DNA of 53,164 nt from Beijerinckiaceae bacterium (GCA_947472615.1 CANJEY010000001.1:1-53164); one strand, 5' to 3'. Counted from the stretch's first letter, positions 27,511-37,346 are shown. Program-made: numbers and translations. Notes: generated by a model from the letters alone, not told the origin.

Positions 27511-28866
27511 TCAGGTCCGCTTGATCGCGAAGCTCTTGATGTAGTCGTCCGGCTTCGACGCATCAAAGACCTTGCCCATGACCGAGAAAGTCTTGGTTGT
27601 TGTCGTGGGCGGCGTCAGGCCTGCTTCCTTCATCAGCTTCGTGGCATCCGTCGCAAGGAACACCTGCTTGGCGACCGCCTGATAATCGATGTCGGTCTTC
27701 AGCTGGCCCCAGCGCTTCATTTGCGTGAGGATCCACACGGCGAAGCTCTCCCACGGGAATGGATCGAAGTCGATACGGTCGGCGGCCCGTTTCACGCCCC
27801 CCAATCCGTCCGCATAGGTGCCGGTCAGCACCTGTTCGATCACCGTCACGGGCTGGTTCAGATAATTCGCGGGCGCGATCGCCTCCGCGATCTGCTTGCG
27901 ATTTTCCGCCTTGCTGGCGAAGGCCGTCGCCTCGATGATGGCTCGCAGCAGCGACGCATAGGTGTTGGGCGATTGCGTAACGAATTCGCGCGAGGCCGCG
28001 AAGGCGCAGCAGGGATGGCCATCCCACAATTCCTTCGACAGGATGTGGATGAAGCCGACGCCGTCGTAAACGGCGCGCTGGTTTACCGGATCAGGCGCGA
28101 GGAAGCCGTCGATGTTTTCTGCTCGTAGATTCGCCACCATTTCGGGGGGCGGGACGGCGCGAATCTGCACATCGACGTCGGGATCAATTCCATTTTCGGC
28201 GAGATAATAGCGAAGCAGATAATTGTGCATCGAATAGTCGAACGGCACCGCGAATTTCATACCCTTCCAGGACTTCGGATCGCGCTTGTCCTTGTGCTTC
28301 ATGGCCAGCGTGATCGCCTGACCGTTGATGTTTTCAATCGCCGGAATTGTGTAAGGAACCGGGTTCGATCCGATGCCCAGCGAAATCGCCAGCGGCATGG
28401 GCGAGAGCATGTGCGCCGCGTCGTATTCCTTGTTCAGCGTCTTGTCGCGAATGACGGCCCAGCCGGCGGCCTTGTCGACAGTGACGTCGAGTCCCTGCTT
28501 CTTGTAGAAGCCCATCGGGTCGGCCATGATGATGGGCGTGGCGCAGGTGATCGGAATGAAACCGACCTTGAGCGCCTGCTTTTCCGGCTTTCCGGCTTGC
28601 GCAAAGGCCTCTGTCACGGTCGCAAGCGGGAAGATGCTCGACAGCGCCGCCAGCGCGGTCGAGGCGCCGACTGTCTTCAGAAAGTTGCGACGCGCTTCAT
28701 CCTGCGGAAACATGGCGCGCAGCACCGCATTCTGAACGACGCGCGTGATGCGGTCGTCTCCCGACGCAGGCGCTGCGTCATGGTCGGCCTGACTGGCGTG
28801 CGAACCGCATGAGCAGCCCGAGCGAAGCCGGGTCCGATAATCTGAAGCATCGCGAAATGTCGACAC
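27511..28866 (-). CDS. CmpA/NrtA/CynA-family substrate-binding protein (cyanate likely)
   Basis: GFIPITCATP, AAHML.PMP, NGQAI, PF.YSMHNY.LRY, PPPEMVAN, W.GHPC; GTG start with AGGAGA RBS. Confidence 0.92.
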   Translation of the reverse strand: MSTFRDASDYRTRLRSGCSCGSHASQADHDAAPASGDDRITRVVQNAVLRAMFPQDEARRNFLKTVGASTALAALSSIFPLATVTEAFAQAGKPEKQALKVGFIPITCATPIIMADPMGFYKKQGLDVTVDKAAGWAVIRDKTLNKEYDAAHMLSPMPLAISLGIGSNPVPYTIPAIENINGQAITLAMKHKDKRDPKSWKGMKFAVPFDYSMHNYLLRYYLAENGIDPDVDVQIRAVPPPEMVANLRAENIDGFLAPDPVNQRAVYDGVGFIHILSKELWDGHPCCAFAASREFVTQSPNTYASLLRAIIEATAFASKAENRKQIAEAIAPANYLNQPVTVIEQVLTGTYADGLGGVKRAADRIDFDPFPWESFAVWILTQMKRWGQLKTDIDYQAVAKQVFLATDATKLMKEAGLTPPTTTTKTFSVMGKVFDASKPDDYIKSFAIKRT

Positions 28867-28898
28867 CCATGTCTCTCCTGCATTGCGGACATGCATAA

Positions 28899-28913
28899 GC
28901 AGGACGGATGCCA
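28899..28913 (-). promoter_or_regulatory. Sigma-54 promoter of the cyn operon
   Basis: Minus strand reads TGGCAT-CCGTC-CTGC, 32 nt upstream of the GTG. Confidence 0.75.
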
Positions 28914-28952
28914 GTCTGTTTGCGCGCAAAATGGTCCCTTAGACGATGGGAT

Positions 28953-29009
28953 CGCCGCATAAGTGGGCATCAGCGGCACCAATCGCGTCAAATGCTCAAG
29001 AACAGGGCG
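28953..29009. promoter_or_regulatory. Two NtrC-like boxes between divergent sigma-54 promoters
   Basis: CGCCGCATAAGTGGGCA (28953-28969) and TGCTCAAGAACAGGGCG (28993-29009), both GC-N11-GC. Confidence 0.5.
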
Positions 29010-29037
29010 ATTTCCGTCTTGGGCGTCGGCAATTTGA

Positions 29038-29052
29038 TGGCATGCGATGTGC
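29038..29052 (+). promoter_or_regulatory. Sigma-54 promoter of the Dpp-type operon
   Basis: TGGCAT-GCGAT-GTGC, 29 nt upstream of the ATG. Confidence 0.7.
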
Positions 29053-29081
29053 TTGACAATTATCAAATGTGGAGGGGGATT

Positions 29082-30695
29082 ATGGATCGTCGCAATTTCA
29101 TCAAGTCGACAGGCGCCGCTGCGGCGGCGATTTCGGCGCCGGCTGTCTTTACGTCTGCGCAGGCGCAAGCGCGCAGCGAGACGCTTGTCATCGTCAGCGA
29201 AAGCGGGCCGAATAATCTCGACGTGATGGGCGTCGGCACCAACGTGCCCGGCTACGAGGCCTCGTGGAACTGCTACGATCGTCTGATTACGCATGAGATG
29301 CGTACGCTATCCGACGGCACTCAATATTATGAGCGCGACAAGCTGAAGGGCGAACTCGCTGAGGATTTTGTTGTCGGGCCGGATTCCGCGACCTTCAAGT
29401 TGCGCAAGAACGCGACGTTTCACGACGGCGCGCCCGTGACGGCCAAGGACGTCAAATGGTCGCTCGACCGCTCTGTGACGGTGGGCGGGTTCCCGACATT
29501 CCAGATGTCGGCAGGATCGCTCACCAAGCCGGAACAATTCGTCATCGTCGACGACCACACCATCCGCATCGATTTCCTGCGCAAGGACAAGCTGACCATC
29601 CCGGATCTCGCCGTCATCGTTCCGGCGATCATGAATTCCGAATTGTGCAAGAAAAACGCGACGGCTGCCGATCCGTGGGCGCTGGAATTCACCAAGCAGA
29701 ACACGGCGGGCGGCGGCGCTTATAAGGTCGTTCGCTGGACGCCCGGCACCGAAGTGGTGTTCGAGCGCAACGAAACCTGGGTCAGCGGCCCGATGCCGAA
29801 GACGAAGCGCATCATCTGGCGCATCGTGCCGTCCGCCGGCAATCGACGCGCGCTGCTCGAGCGCGGCGACGCCGACATTTCGTTCGATCTCCCCAACAAG
29901 GATTTTGCGGAGATCAAAGCCAGCGGCAAGCTCGCGGTCGTCTCCACGCCATATACGAGCGGCATCCAGTATATCGGCATGAACGTCACCAAGCCGCCTT
30001 TCGACAACCCGAAAGTTCGTCAGGCGGTGGCCTATGCGATTCCCTATCAGAAGATCATGGACGCCGTGCTGTTTGGTCTCGCCAAACCGATGTATGGCGC
30101 GGCCGCTGACAAGGCTACGGAAGTGGCGTGGCCGCAGCCGCACAAGTTTAACACCGACATGGCCAAGGCGAAGGCGCTACTGACCGAAGCCGGCTTCCCG
30201 AATGGCTTCGAGACGACACTTTCGTTCGATCTCGGCTTCGCCGGCGTCAACGAGCCGCTGTGCGTGCTGGTCCAGGAAAGCCTCGCCCAGATTGGCATCA
30301 AGACGACGATCAACAAGGTGCCGGGCGCCAACTGGCGCACCGAACTGAACAAGAAGGAACTGCCGCTGTTCACCAACATCTTCTCTGGTTGGCTAAACTA
30401 TCCGGAGTATTTCTTCTACTGGTGCTATCACGGCGCGAATTCGGTGTTCAACACGTCGAGCTATGTGTCGCCGCCTATGGACGCCTTTATTGAGGGCGCG
30501 CGCGACGCCGCCGCTGCCGGCGATCAGGCGACCTACGACAAGGACGTGAAGGGATTCGTCGATCTGGCGTTTGCGGAAGTGCCACGTATTCCGCTCTATC
30601 AGCCGTATATCAATGTCGCGATGCAGAAGAACGTGTCGGGTTACCAATACTGGTTCCATCGCCGTCTTGACTATCGGGCGTTTGTGAAATCCTGA
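29082..30695 (+). CDS. Family 5 (DppA/OppA-like) ABC substrate-binding protein, Tat signal
   Basis: MDRRNFIK leader, FKLRKNATFHDGAPVTAKDVKWS, PFDNPKVRQAVAYA; GGAGG RBS. Confidence 0.93.
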   Translation: MDRRNFIKSTGAAAAAISAPAVFTSAQAQARSETLVIVSESGPNNLDVMGVGTNVPGYEASWNCYDRLITHEMRTLSDGTQYYERDKLKGELAEDFVVGPDSATFKLRKNATFHDGAPVTAKDVKWSLDRSVTVGGFPTFQMSAGSLTKPEQFVIVDDHTIRIDFLRKDKLTIPDLAVIVPAIMNSELCKKNATAADPWALEFTKQNTAGGGAYKVVRWTPGTEVVFERNETWVSGPMPKTKRIIWRIVPSAGNRRALLERGDADISFDLPNKDFAEIKASGKLAVVSTPYTSGIQYIGMNVTKPPFDNPKVRQAVAYAIPYQKIMDAVLFGLAKPMYGAAADKATEVAWPQPHKFNTDMAKAKALLTEAGFPNGFETTLSFDLGFAGVNEPLCVLVQESLAQIGIKTTINKVPGANWRTELNKKELPLFTNIFSGWLNYPEYFFYWCYHGANSVFNTSSYVSPPMDAFIEGARDAAAAGDQATYDKDVKGFVDLAFAEVPRIPLYQPYINVAMQKNVSGYQYWFHRRLDYRAFVKS

Positions 30696-30729
30696 GTCCC
30701 GCCCTCGCTTCGTCCCGACGGTCACCGCC

Positions 30730-31743
30730 ATGCTGAAGACGATTGCCGGACGTTTGATGACTTCGATCCCGAGCCTGATCGGGGTCGTCATCGTCAGCTT
30801 CCTGCTCACGCGCGTCCTGCCGGGAGACACGGCGACCTATTTCGCCGGTCCTGCGGCGACGCCGAAAGCCCTCGAGGAAGTGCGCAAGCAACTGGGTCTC
30901 GACAAGCCATTGCCTGAGCAGTTTCTGCGCTATGTCGCCGATCTCACGCATGGCGATCTCGGCAATTCGTTGACGACCGGACAAACCGTTGTGGGCGACA
31001 TCACATCGCGATTGCCGGCATCGGCTGAACTCACCCTGATTGGGCTGCTGCTGGCGTTGCTCATCGCCGTTCCACTCGGCATTCTGGCGGCTGTGCGGCA
31101 AGGGTCGTGGATCGATCATCTCTGCCGTGTGGTGGCGACGGCCGGCGTATCGCTGCCGGTGTTTTTCACGGGCCTGCTGCTGGTCTACGTCTTCTACTTT
31201 CTGCTCGGTTGGTCGCCGGCTCCACTGGGGCGACTCGACATTTTTTTCAGCGAACCGCCGCGCATCACGGGCTTTCTGCTGGTGGACAGCATTATTGCGC
31301 GCGACTGGGAAGTGCTTCGCGCGGCGTTGTCGCAACTCATTCTGCCTGCGCTGACGCTGGCGGTGTTCTCTCTGGCGCCGATCGCTCGCATCACGCGTGC
31401 ATCAATGCTGACGGCGCTGTCGTCCGACTTTGTCCGGACCGCCCGCGCCAGCGGCCTGAAACCGATAACGGTGACGATGACCTATGCGTTTCGCAACGCC
31501 ATGCTGCCGGTCATCACGACTCTCGGCATGGTGTTTTCCTTCCTGCTCGGCGCAAATGTTCTGGTCGAAAAAGTGTTCGCATGGCCGGGCATCGGGTCCT
31601 ACGCGGTCGAGGCGCTGATCGCGTCTGATTTCGCGCCGGTGCAGGGCTTCGTGCTGGCGATGGCGATCCTGTACGTCATCCTCAATCTTGCAATCGATCT
31701 GCTGTACGGCGTCATCGATCCGCGCGTGAGAGTGACCACATGA
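30730..31743 (+). CDS. DppB-like ABC permease
   Basis: PGD, LGLDKPL..QF, GDLG.S, DFVRTARASGL, VEKVFAWPGIG, DPRVR. Confidence 0.93.
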   Translation: MLKTIAGRLMTSIPSLIGVVIVSFLLTRVLPGDTATYFAGPAATPKALEEVRKQLGLDKPLPEQFLRYVADLTHGDLGNSLTTGQTVVGDITSRLPASAELTLIGLLLALLIAVPLGILAAVRQGSWIDHLCRVVATAGVSLPVFFTGLLLVYVFYFLLGWSPAPLGRLDIFFSEPPRITGFLLVDSIIARDWEVLRAALSQLILPALTLAVFSLAPIARITRASMLTALSSDFVRTARASGLKPITVTMTYAFRNAMLPVITTLGMVFSFLLGANVLVEKVFAWPGIGSYAVEALIASDFAPVQGFVLAMAILYVILNLAIDLLYGVIDPRVRVTT

Positions 31744-32645
31744 GCGCATCGACCATTCCTGACGCCGCCGCGCCTGCTGGAAGCCAGCGGCTCGCGCCCA
31801 TCAAGTCGCTCTTTTCGCACGCCCGCTACATCGTGGGCGACAATCCCGTGACTGGACTGTCGTTCGGGTTGTTCATGCTGTTTTTGGTCTGTGCTCTGAT
31901 CGGTCCCTATCTGGTTCCGCACGATCCCTTGGCGAGCGACACGATGGCGGCGTTGCAGAGACCCTCGCTGAGACATCTGTTCGGCACGGATCAGCTGGGC
32001 CGCGACATTTTCAGTCGCGTGATCGTGGCGACGCGGCTCGACATGACAATTGCGATCTCATCCGTTGCGCTGGTGTTCGTTCTTGGTGGATTGGCCGGCA
32101 TTGCAGCCGGGTTCTATGGCGGCTGGACCGATCGTATCGTCGGGCGCATTGGCGATACGATCATGGCATTCCCGCTGTTCGTGCTGGCGATGGGCATCGT
32201 GGCCGCTTTGGGCAATACGGTCACCAACATCGTCATCGCGACGGCGATCATCAATTTTCCGCTCTATGCGCGACTTGCGCGCGCCGAGGCCAATGTGCGC
32301 CGCGAGGCGGGCTTCGTGCAGGCGGCAAGACTGACGGGAAACAGCGACGCGCGAATCCTGCTGACGCAGATCATGCCGAATATTCTGCCGATCATGATGG
32401 TCCAGATGTCGCTGACCATGGGCTATGCGATTCTGAATGCGGCGGGCCTGTCGTTTATCGGCCTCGGCGTGCGGCCGCCCACGCCTGAATGGGGAATCAT
32501 GGTTGCTGAAGGCTCGGCGTTCATCGTTTCCGGCGAGTGGTGGATCGCGCTGTTTCCGGGCCTCACGCTGATGCTCGCGGTGTTCTGCTTTAATCTGCTT
32601 GGCGATGGTCTGCGCGACATCGTCGATCCTCTGCGCCGCACCTGA
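31740..32645 (+). CDS. DppC-like ABC permease
   Basis: HLFGTDQLGRDIFSR, AGLSFIGLGVRPPTPEWG, NLLGDGLRD; ATGA overlap. Confidence 0.93.
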   Translation: MSASTIPDAAAPAGSQRLAPIKSLFSHARYIVGDNPVTGLSFGLFMLFLVCALIGPYLVPHDPLASDTMAALQRPSLRHLFGTDQLGRDIFSRVIVATRLDMTIAISSVALVFVLGGLAGIAAGFYGGWTDRIVGRIGDTIMAFPLFVLAMGIVAALGNTVTNIVIATAIINFPLYARLARAEANVRREAGFVQAARLTGNSDARILLTQIMPNILPIMMVQMSLTMGYAILNAAGLSFIGLGVRPPTPEWGIMVAEGSAFIVSGEWWIALFPGLTLMLAVFCFNLLGDGLRDIVDPLRRT

Positions 32646-32652
32646 GGCTGAC

Positions 32653-34341
32653 ATGGTCGCCATTCCGCTGCTCGATATCTCCGATCTGACTGTCGAGTTC
32701 GGCACGCGGCGCGGCATCGTGCGCGCCGTCGAGAAGGTTGATTTCACGGTCGCCAAAGGGGAAACGGTCGGGATCGTCGGCGAATCCGGATCGGGAAAAT
32801 CTGTCACGTCCTACGCGGTGATGCGTATTCTCGATCGCGCCGGAAGGATCGCCGACGGCTCGATCACGTTTTCGGGCATCGACATCCGGTCCGCTGATGA
32901 AGCCTATATGCGCGATCTGCGCGGCCGGGAAATCTCGATGATCTTCCAGAATCCGCGCGCCGCGCTCAATCCCATCCGCAAGGTTGGACGGCAGCTCGAG
33001 GATGTGTTGCTGCGCCATGTGCAGGCTGTGCCGAGCAACGCGAAGGAAAAGGCGATCGATCTTCTCAATCAGGTGCGTATTTCGCGACCTGAGGAGCGGT
33101 ATCACGCCTATCCGTTCGAGTTGTCGGGCGGCATGTGTCAACGCATCGTGTTCGCGTTGGCGCTGGCCTGCCGGCCGCAATTGTTGATCGCTGACGAGCC
33201 GACGACCGGCCTCGACGCGACGACGCAGAAGGCCGTGATGGATCTCGTCGTCGAACTGACGCGCGCGCGCGGCATGTCGACAATCCTGATCACGCATGAT
33301 CTTGGGCTCGCGGCTGCGTATTGCGACAAGGTCATCGTGATGGAGCGCGGCAAGGTGGTCGAGACCGCGCCATCGGGATCGATCTTCAAGGATCCGCAGC
33401 ACCCCTATACGCGCAAGCTGATGCGTGCGACGCCGCGGCCTGGCATCACGCTGCGCGATCTGTTGCCGGCGACGGACGAGGAGCCGCCTGCCTCCAGCGT
33501 CGTGGTCATGGATGGCAAGCCGCTTTTGTCGGTGCGCGATCTGGTAAAGGAATATCCTCGCCAGGGCGCGGGAGCGACGCTCGCGAGCCTGTTTGGGAAG
33601 AAAGCTGCCGATGCTGCGCCGTTCCGCGCAGTGGGGGGAATTTCATTCGACGTAATGCGTGGCGAGAGTGTCGGGCTGGTCGGCGAATCCGGTTGCGGCA
33701 AGTCCACGACGTCGATGATGATCATGCGGCTGCTCGATCCGACGTCGGGCTCGATCCAGTTCAATGGAGTCGATATCGGCGGATTGGCGGCGAAGTCGTT
33801 CGCCGCGCATCCGATGCGGCCGAAGATCCAGATGGTGTTTCAGGATCCAACCGACAGTCTGAATCCGCGCTACACGGCGGCGCGCGCCATTTCCGATCCG
33901 ATCCTCCGCATGGGCGGCGGCCAGTCGGCCGCGCAGGTTCGCGCCCGGTGCGAGGAGTTGGCGCGGCTCGTCGGTCTGCCGGGCGATCTGCTCGACCGGT
34001 TTCCGCATCAGCTGTCGGGCGGCCAAAAGGCGCGCGTTGGGATAGCGCGCGCCATCGCGCTTGATCCTGATCTGGTGGTGCTCGACGAGCCGACCGCGGC
34101 TCTCGACGTGTCGGTGCAGGCGATTGTGCTCAATCTCTTGCAGGAACTGAAAGAGCGGCTGAGCATGAGCTACCTGTTTGTCAGCCACGATCTGCATGTG
34201 GTGCATCTGCTGTGCGACCGCGTGATCGTCATGCGGAATGGCGCGATCGTCGAACAGGGATCAGCTGACAGGGTTCTGTCGCATCCGGAGCATGAATATA
34301 CGCGCGAACTGCTGGCGGCCGTGCCGACGCCGCCTGTGTGA
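32653..34341 (+). CDS. Fused two-domain DppD/F ABC ATPase
   Basis: Two Walker A motifs (GESGSGKS, GESGCGKS), two LSGG signatures and two DEPT motifs. Confidence 0.95.
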   Translation: MVAIPLLDISDLTVEFGTRRGIVRAVEKVDFTVAKGETVGIVGESGSGKSVTSYAVMRILDRAGRIADGSITFSGIDIRSADEAYMRDLRGREISMIFQNPRAALNPIRKVGRQLEDVLLRHVQAVPSNAKEKAIDLLNQVRISRPEERYHAYPFELSGGMCQRIVFALALACRPQLLIADEPTTGLDATTQKAVMDLVVELTRARGMSTILITHDLGLAAAYCDKVIVMERGKVVETAPSGSIFKDPQHPYTRKLMRATPRPGITLRDLLPATDEEPPASSVVVMDGKPLLSVRDLVKEYPRQGAGATLASLFGKKAADAAPFRAVGGISFDVMRGESVGLVGESGCGKSTTSMMIMRLLDPTSGSIQFNGVDIGGLAAKSFAAHPMRPKIQMVFQDPTDSLNPRYTAARAISDPILRMGGGQSAAQVRARCEELARLVGLPGDLLDRFPHQLSGGQKARVGIARAIALDPDLVVLDEPTAALDVSVQAIVLNLLQELKERLSMSYLFVSHDLHVVHLLCDRVIVMRNGAIVEQGSADRVLSHPEHEYTRELLAAVPTPPV

Positions 34342-34347
34342 TTTAGC

Positions 34348-35265
34348 TCAATCAACGGCCAGCGCCGCAATCGCTTCCTGTTCGAGACACGCGGCCACGA
34401 TCTGGGCGATGCGCGGCAACGGCAGGCGCGCGCTCGCGGCGATGGTGACGGATTGTGCTTCGGCCGCCCTGTCGCGGACCGGTACGAAGACCAGAGCGCC
34501 TTCTGCAATTTCGGGCGCGGCGTCGAGCTGAGACGTGATCGCCACATAGGGTCCGTTGCGCACCAGCGCCTTGACCAGTTGTAGCGAGTTCGTGACCACC
34601 GGCATATGACCCTGCTGAAACAGCCATGCATGCCGCGTTTCGAGGTAGCGGCGGATGACCAGTGAGCGGCCCTGCAGTACCAGAGGAAGCGCGGCGACCT
34701 GCTGCAAGCTCACCGCTTTCTCGCGCGCCAGCGGATGATCGGGCGCCATGATACAGCCGAGCGGCAGGTCGCTATTCCAGATGACTCGCAACTCGCGATG
34801 CGGCGGCAGGTTGAAGATGACCCCCACATCCGCCTCGCCGTTAACCAGCGAGATGGCAGCCTGATCGGTATTCATGATTTCGATCTCGAGCGTCACCTTG
34901 GGATGCTCGTCGCGTAGGCGGCGAACCGCTTTCGGCAACAGCCCATTAGCGTGACTGTCCATGGCGACGATGCGGACGTGACCCTGATTGAAGCCTTCGA
35001 GATCGCGAATTTCGGCTCCGACGCGCCGCACTTCGCCGCGCCAGCGCCGGGCCATGGTCACGATGCGGTCACCCGCCACCGTGGGTCGCATGCCGCGCGG
35101 TAGACGTTCAAAAAGTGCGACGCCCAGCTCGGCCTCCAGCAACAGGATTTGCCGGTCGATCGCAGATGCGGCGACATTCAGATCCTTCGCCGCGCCCTGA
35201 ATCGAGCCGCAGCGAGCGACATGATCGATATAGTGCAGCGACATCGGCAGGAGGCGGTCAGCCAT
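34348..35265 (-). CDS. LysR-family transcriptional regulator
   Basis: GSI..AA..LNVA.SA..RQI..LE.ELG..LFER HTH followed by a substrate-binding domain; divergent from uraD-uraH. Confidence 0.95.
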   Translation of the reverse strand: MADRLLPMSLHYIDHVARCGSIQGAAKDLNVAASAIDRQILLLEAELGVALFERLPRGMRPTVAGDRIVTMARRWRGEVRRVGAEIRDLEGFNQGHVRIVAMDSHANGLLPKAVRRLRDEHPKVTLEIEIMNTDQAAISLVNGEADVGVIFNLPPHRELRVIWNSDLPLGCIMAPDHPLAREKAVSLQQVAALPLVLQGRSLVIRRYLETRHAWLFQQGHMPVVTNSLQLVKALVRNGPYVAITSQLDAAPEIAEGALVFVPVRDRAAEAQSVTIAASARLPLPRIAQIVAACLEQEAIAALAVD

Positions 35266-35273
35266 CGGGATCT

Positions 35274-35292
35274 CGTTCGAATTATTCGAACG
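35274..35292. promoter_or_regulatory. LysR-type operator palindrome
   Basis: CGTTCGAA-TTA-TTCGAACG, perfect 8-bp arms containing T-N11-A, in the 82-nt divergent spacer. Confidence 0.75.
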
Positions 35293-35347
35293 TACAATTG
35301 CCTATTCTGCGATAGACGGCAACGCTGACGTTGCTACGCTGCCGGTC

Positions 35348-36244
35348 ATGTCGACGGCCCACGCCACGCAATCCTCATCAGCCTTGTCGCTCTGCGACCT
35401 GAATGAAGCCGATTCTCGCAGGTTCGTGCAACTGCTGGGGTCCATCGTCGAGCATTCGCCTTGGGTGACGGAAGCGATCGCGCAGATGCGGCCATTCGCC
35501 TCTGTCGATGCGCTCTGGACCGCTATCGTCGGAGCCTTGTCGGGATTGGCGACAGCGCATCTCGACGATCTGTTTCGTCTTCATCCAGAACTCGCGGGTG
35601 CGGAAGCCGTCGCCGGGCGCATGACCGATCATTCGACGTCCGAACAGGGACGCCTTGGTCTCACGGCGCTCGAGCGCGCCGAGTTCGAACGACTTGCGCG
35701 CTGGAACGCAACGTATCGTGAGCGCTTCGGCTTCCCGTGCATCATTGCGTTGCGGCTACATCCGACCCGCGCCTCGGTGTTCGAGACGTTCGAGTCGCGA
35801 CTGACGAACGACGTTGCGATAGAACGCGTCAACAATTTGCGCGAGATCGGCCAGGTCGTTCGGGGTCGCCTTTATACAATGCTGCGGCCAGTCGGATGGC
35901 TCAGTACCCATGTGCTGGACACGGCGCATGGCCAACCCGCTGCGGGCTTGCGGATCGATCTTTCTGAACGGCTTGCGACGGGCGTGCGGCCGCTCGGCAG
36001 CGTCATCACGAATGCGGACGGACGTACCGATGAGCGGTTGCTCGATGGCGCCGCGATGATGCCGGGCCGTTACAGGCTCGAATTCTTTGTTGCGGATTAT
36101 TTCCAACGCGCAGGTTCAGAACAAGCAGACCCGCCGTTTCTCGATATCGTGCCGATCGACTTCGCCATCTCGGACCCGAACTTGCATTACCATGTTCCGC
36201 TCCTGTGCACGCCGTGGAGCTATTCGACCTATCGGGGAAGCTGA
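35348..36244 (+). CDS. OHCU decarboxylase (UraD) - 5-hydroxyisourate hydrolase (UraH) fusion
   Basis: N domain EHSPWV, HPELAG, S.SEQ, Y..RFGFP; C domain LSTHVLDTAHGQPA, TNADGR, HYHVPLL...YSTYRGS. Confidence 0.92.
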   Translation: MSTAHATQSSSALSLCDLNEADSRRFVQLLGSIVEHSPWVTEAIAQMRPFASVDALWTAIVGALSGLATAHLDDLFRLHPELAGAEAVAGRMTDHSTSEQGRLGLTALERAEFERLARWNATYRERFGFPCIIALRLHPTRASVFETFESRLTNDVAIERVNNLREIGQVVRGRLYTMLRPVGWLSTHVLDTAHGQPAAGLRIDLSERLATGVRPLGSVITNADGRTDERLLDGAAMMPGRYRLEFFVADYFQRAGSEQADPPFLDIVPIDFAISDPNLHYHVPLLCTPWSYSTYRGS

Positions 36245-36246
36245 GC

Positions 36247-37335
36247 ATGACGTCACGCGGGCATCGCGTCGACATCGAAAGCGTTTCGCAGCGCTTTGCG
36301 GACTACGTTGCGGTCAGCGATGTGAGCCTCTCGATCGGCGATGGCGAGTTTGTGGCTCTGCTGGGGCCGTCCGGCTGTGGCAAATCGACGTTGCTGCGCA
36401 TCATCGCTGGCTTCATTCATCAGACTCAAGGCCGGGTGTTGTTCGACGGCGAGGCTGTGGACCATCTGCAAGCCAGCCAGCGCGGCGTCGGCATTGTGTT
36501 CCAGAATTACGCGCTGTTTCCGCACATGACGGTGCGGCAGAACGTGGCTTATGGGCTCCAGGCGCGCAAATGGGCTCGCGACGCAATTGCGCCGCGCGTC
36601 GAGGCGATGTTGGCGCGCGTACACATGAGCGCATTCGGCGAACGCTATCCGCGCCAATTGTCCGGTGGCCAGCAGCAGCGCGTCGCGTTGGCGCGGTGTC
36701 TGGCGACAGAGCCCAAGGTGCTGTTGCTCGACGAGCCCTTCGCGGCGCTCGACAAGAATTTACGTTTTGACATGCAGATCGAGGTCAAGCGCCTGCAGCG
36801 CGACTACGGCATCACGACTGTGATGGTAACGCACGATCAGGAAGAGGCCCTGTCCATGGCCGATCGCGTTGCGGTGATGAGCCGCGGCAGGCTCGAACAG
36901 GTGGCGCCGCCGATGGACATATACGATCATCCGGCGTCGCTGTTTGTGAACCAGTTCGTGGGGTCGACGAATCTCATCGAAGGCGAGCTCCTCGCCTCCG
37001 ATTCGTGGGGCAGCAAGGTGCGCCTTGGCGATGGAACGATTATGTCCGCGGCGTCCGCCAAGGGCCTTGCGAACGGCGTACGTGTCGTGGTGGTGCTACG
37101 GCCGGAACATGTGGCGCTCGTTGATGAGAGTTCCGGCGAAGCGCGCGCCGGCCGCATCAAATCTGTCCTGCCGCTTGGCGCGCAGGTCGCCTACGACATC
37201 GAAACGAGCGACGGCGCATCAATCAAGGCGATCGCGGCACGCGGCGTTCAACTGCGTCGGCCGGGCGAGCCCGTCCATCTGACGTCCATATCTTCCGCCA
37301 ATTGTCATGTCTTCGCGGCGGTTCATTCATCCTGA
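36247..37335 (+). CDS. ABC ATP-binding protein (PotA-like)
   Basis: GPSGCGKS, LSGGQQQR, LLLDEP, VTHDQEEA. Confidence 0.95.
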   Translation: MTSRGHRVDIESVSQRFADYVAVSDVSLSIGDGEFVALLGPSGCGKSTLLRIIAGFIHQTQGRVLFDGEAVDHLQASQRGVGIVFQNYALFPHMTVRQNVAYGLQARKWARDAIAPRVEAMLARVHMSAFGERYPRQLSGGQQQRVALARCLATEPKVLLLDEPFAALDKNLRFDMQIEVKRLQRDYGITTVMVTHDQEEALSMADRVAVMSRGRLEQVAPPMDIYDHPASLFVNQFVGSTNLIEGELLASDSWGSKVRLGDGTIMSAASAKGLANGVRVVVVLRPEHVALVDESSGEARAGRIKSVLPLGAQVAYDIETSDGASIKAIAARGVQLRRPGEPVHLTSISSANCHVFAAVHSS

Positions 37336-37346
37336 GGAGAGATAGC

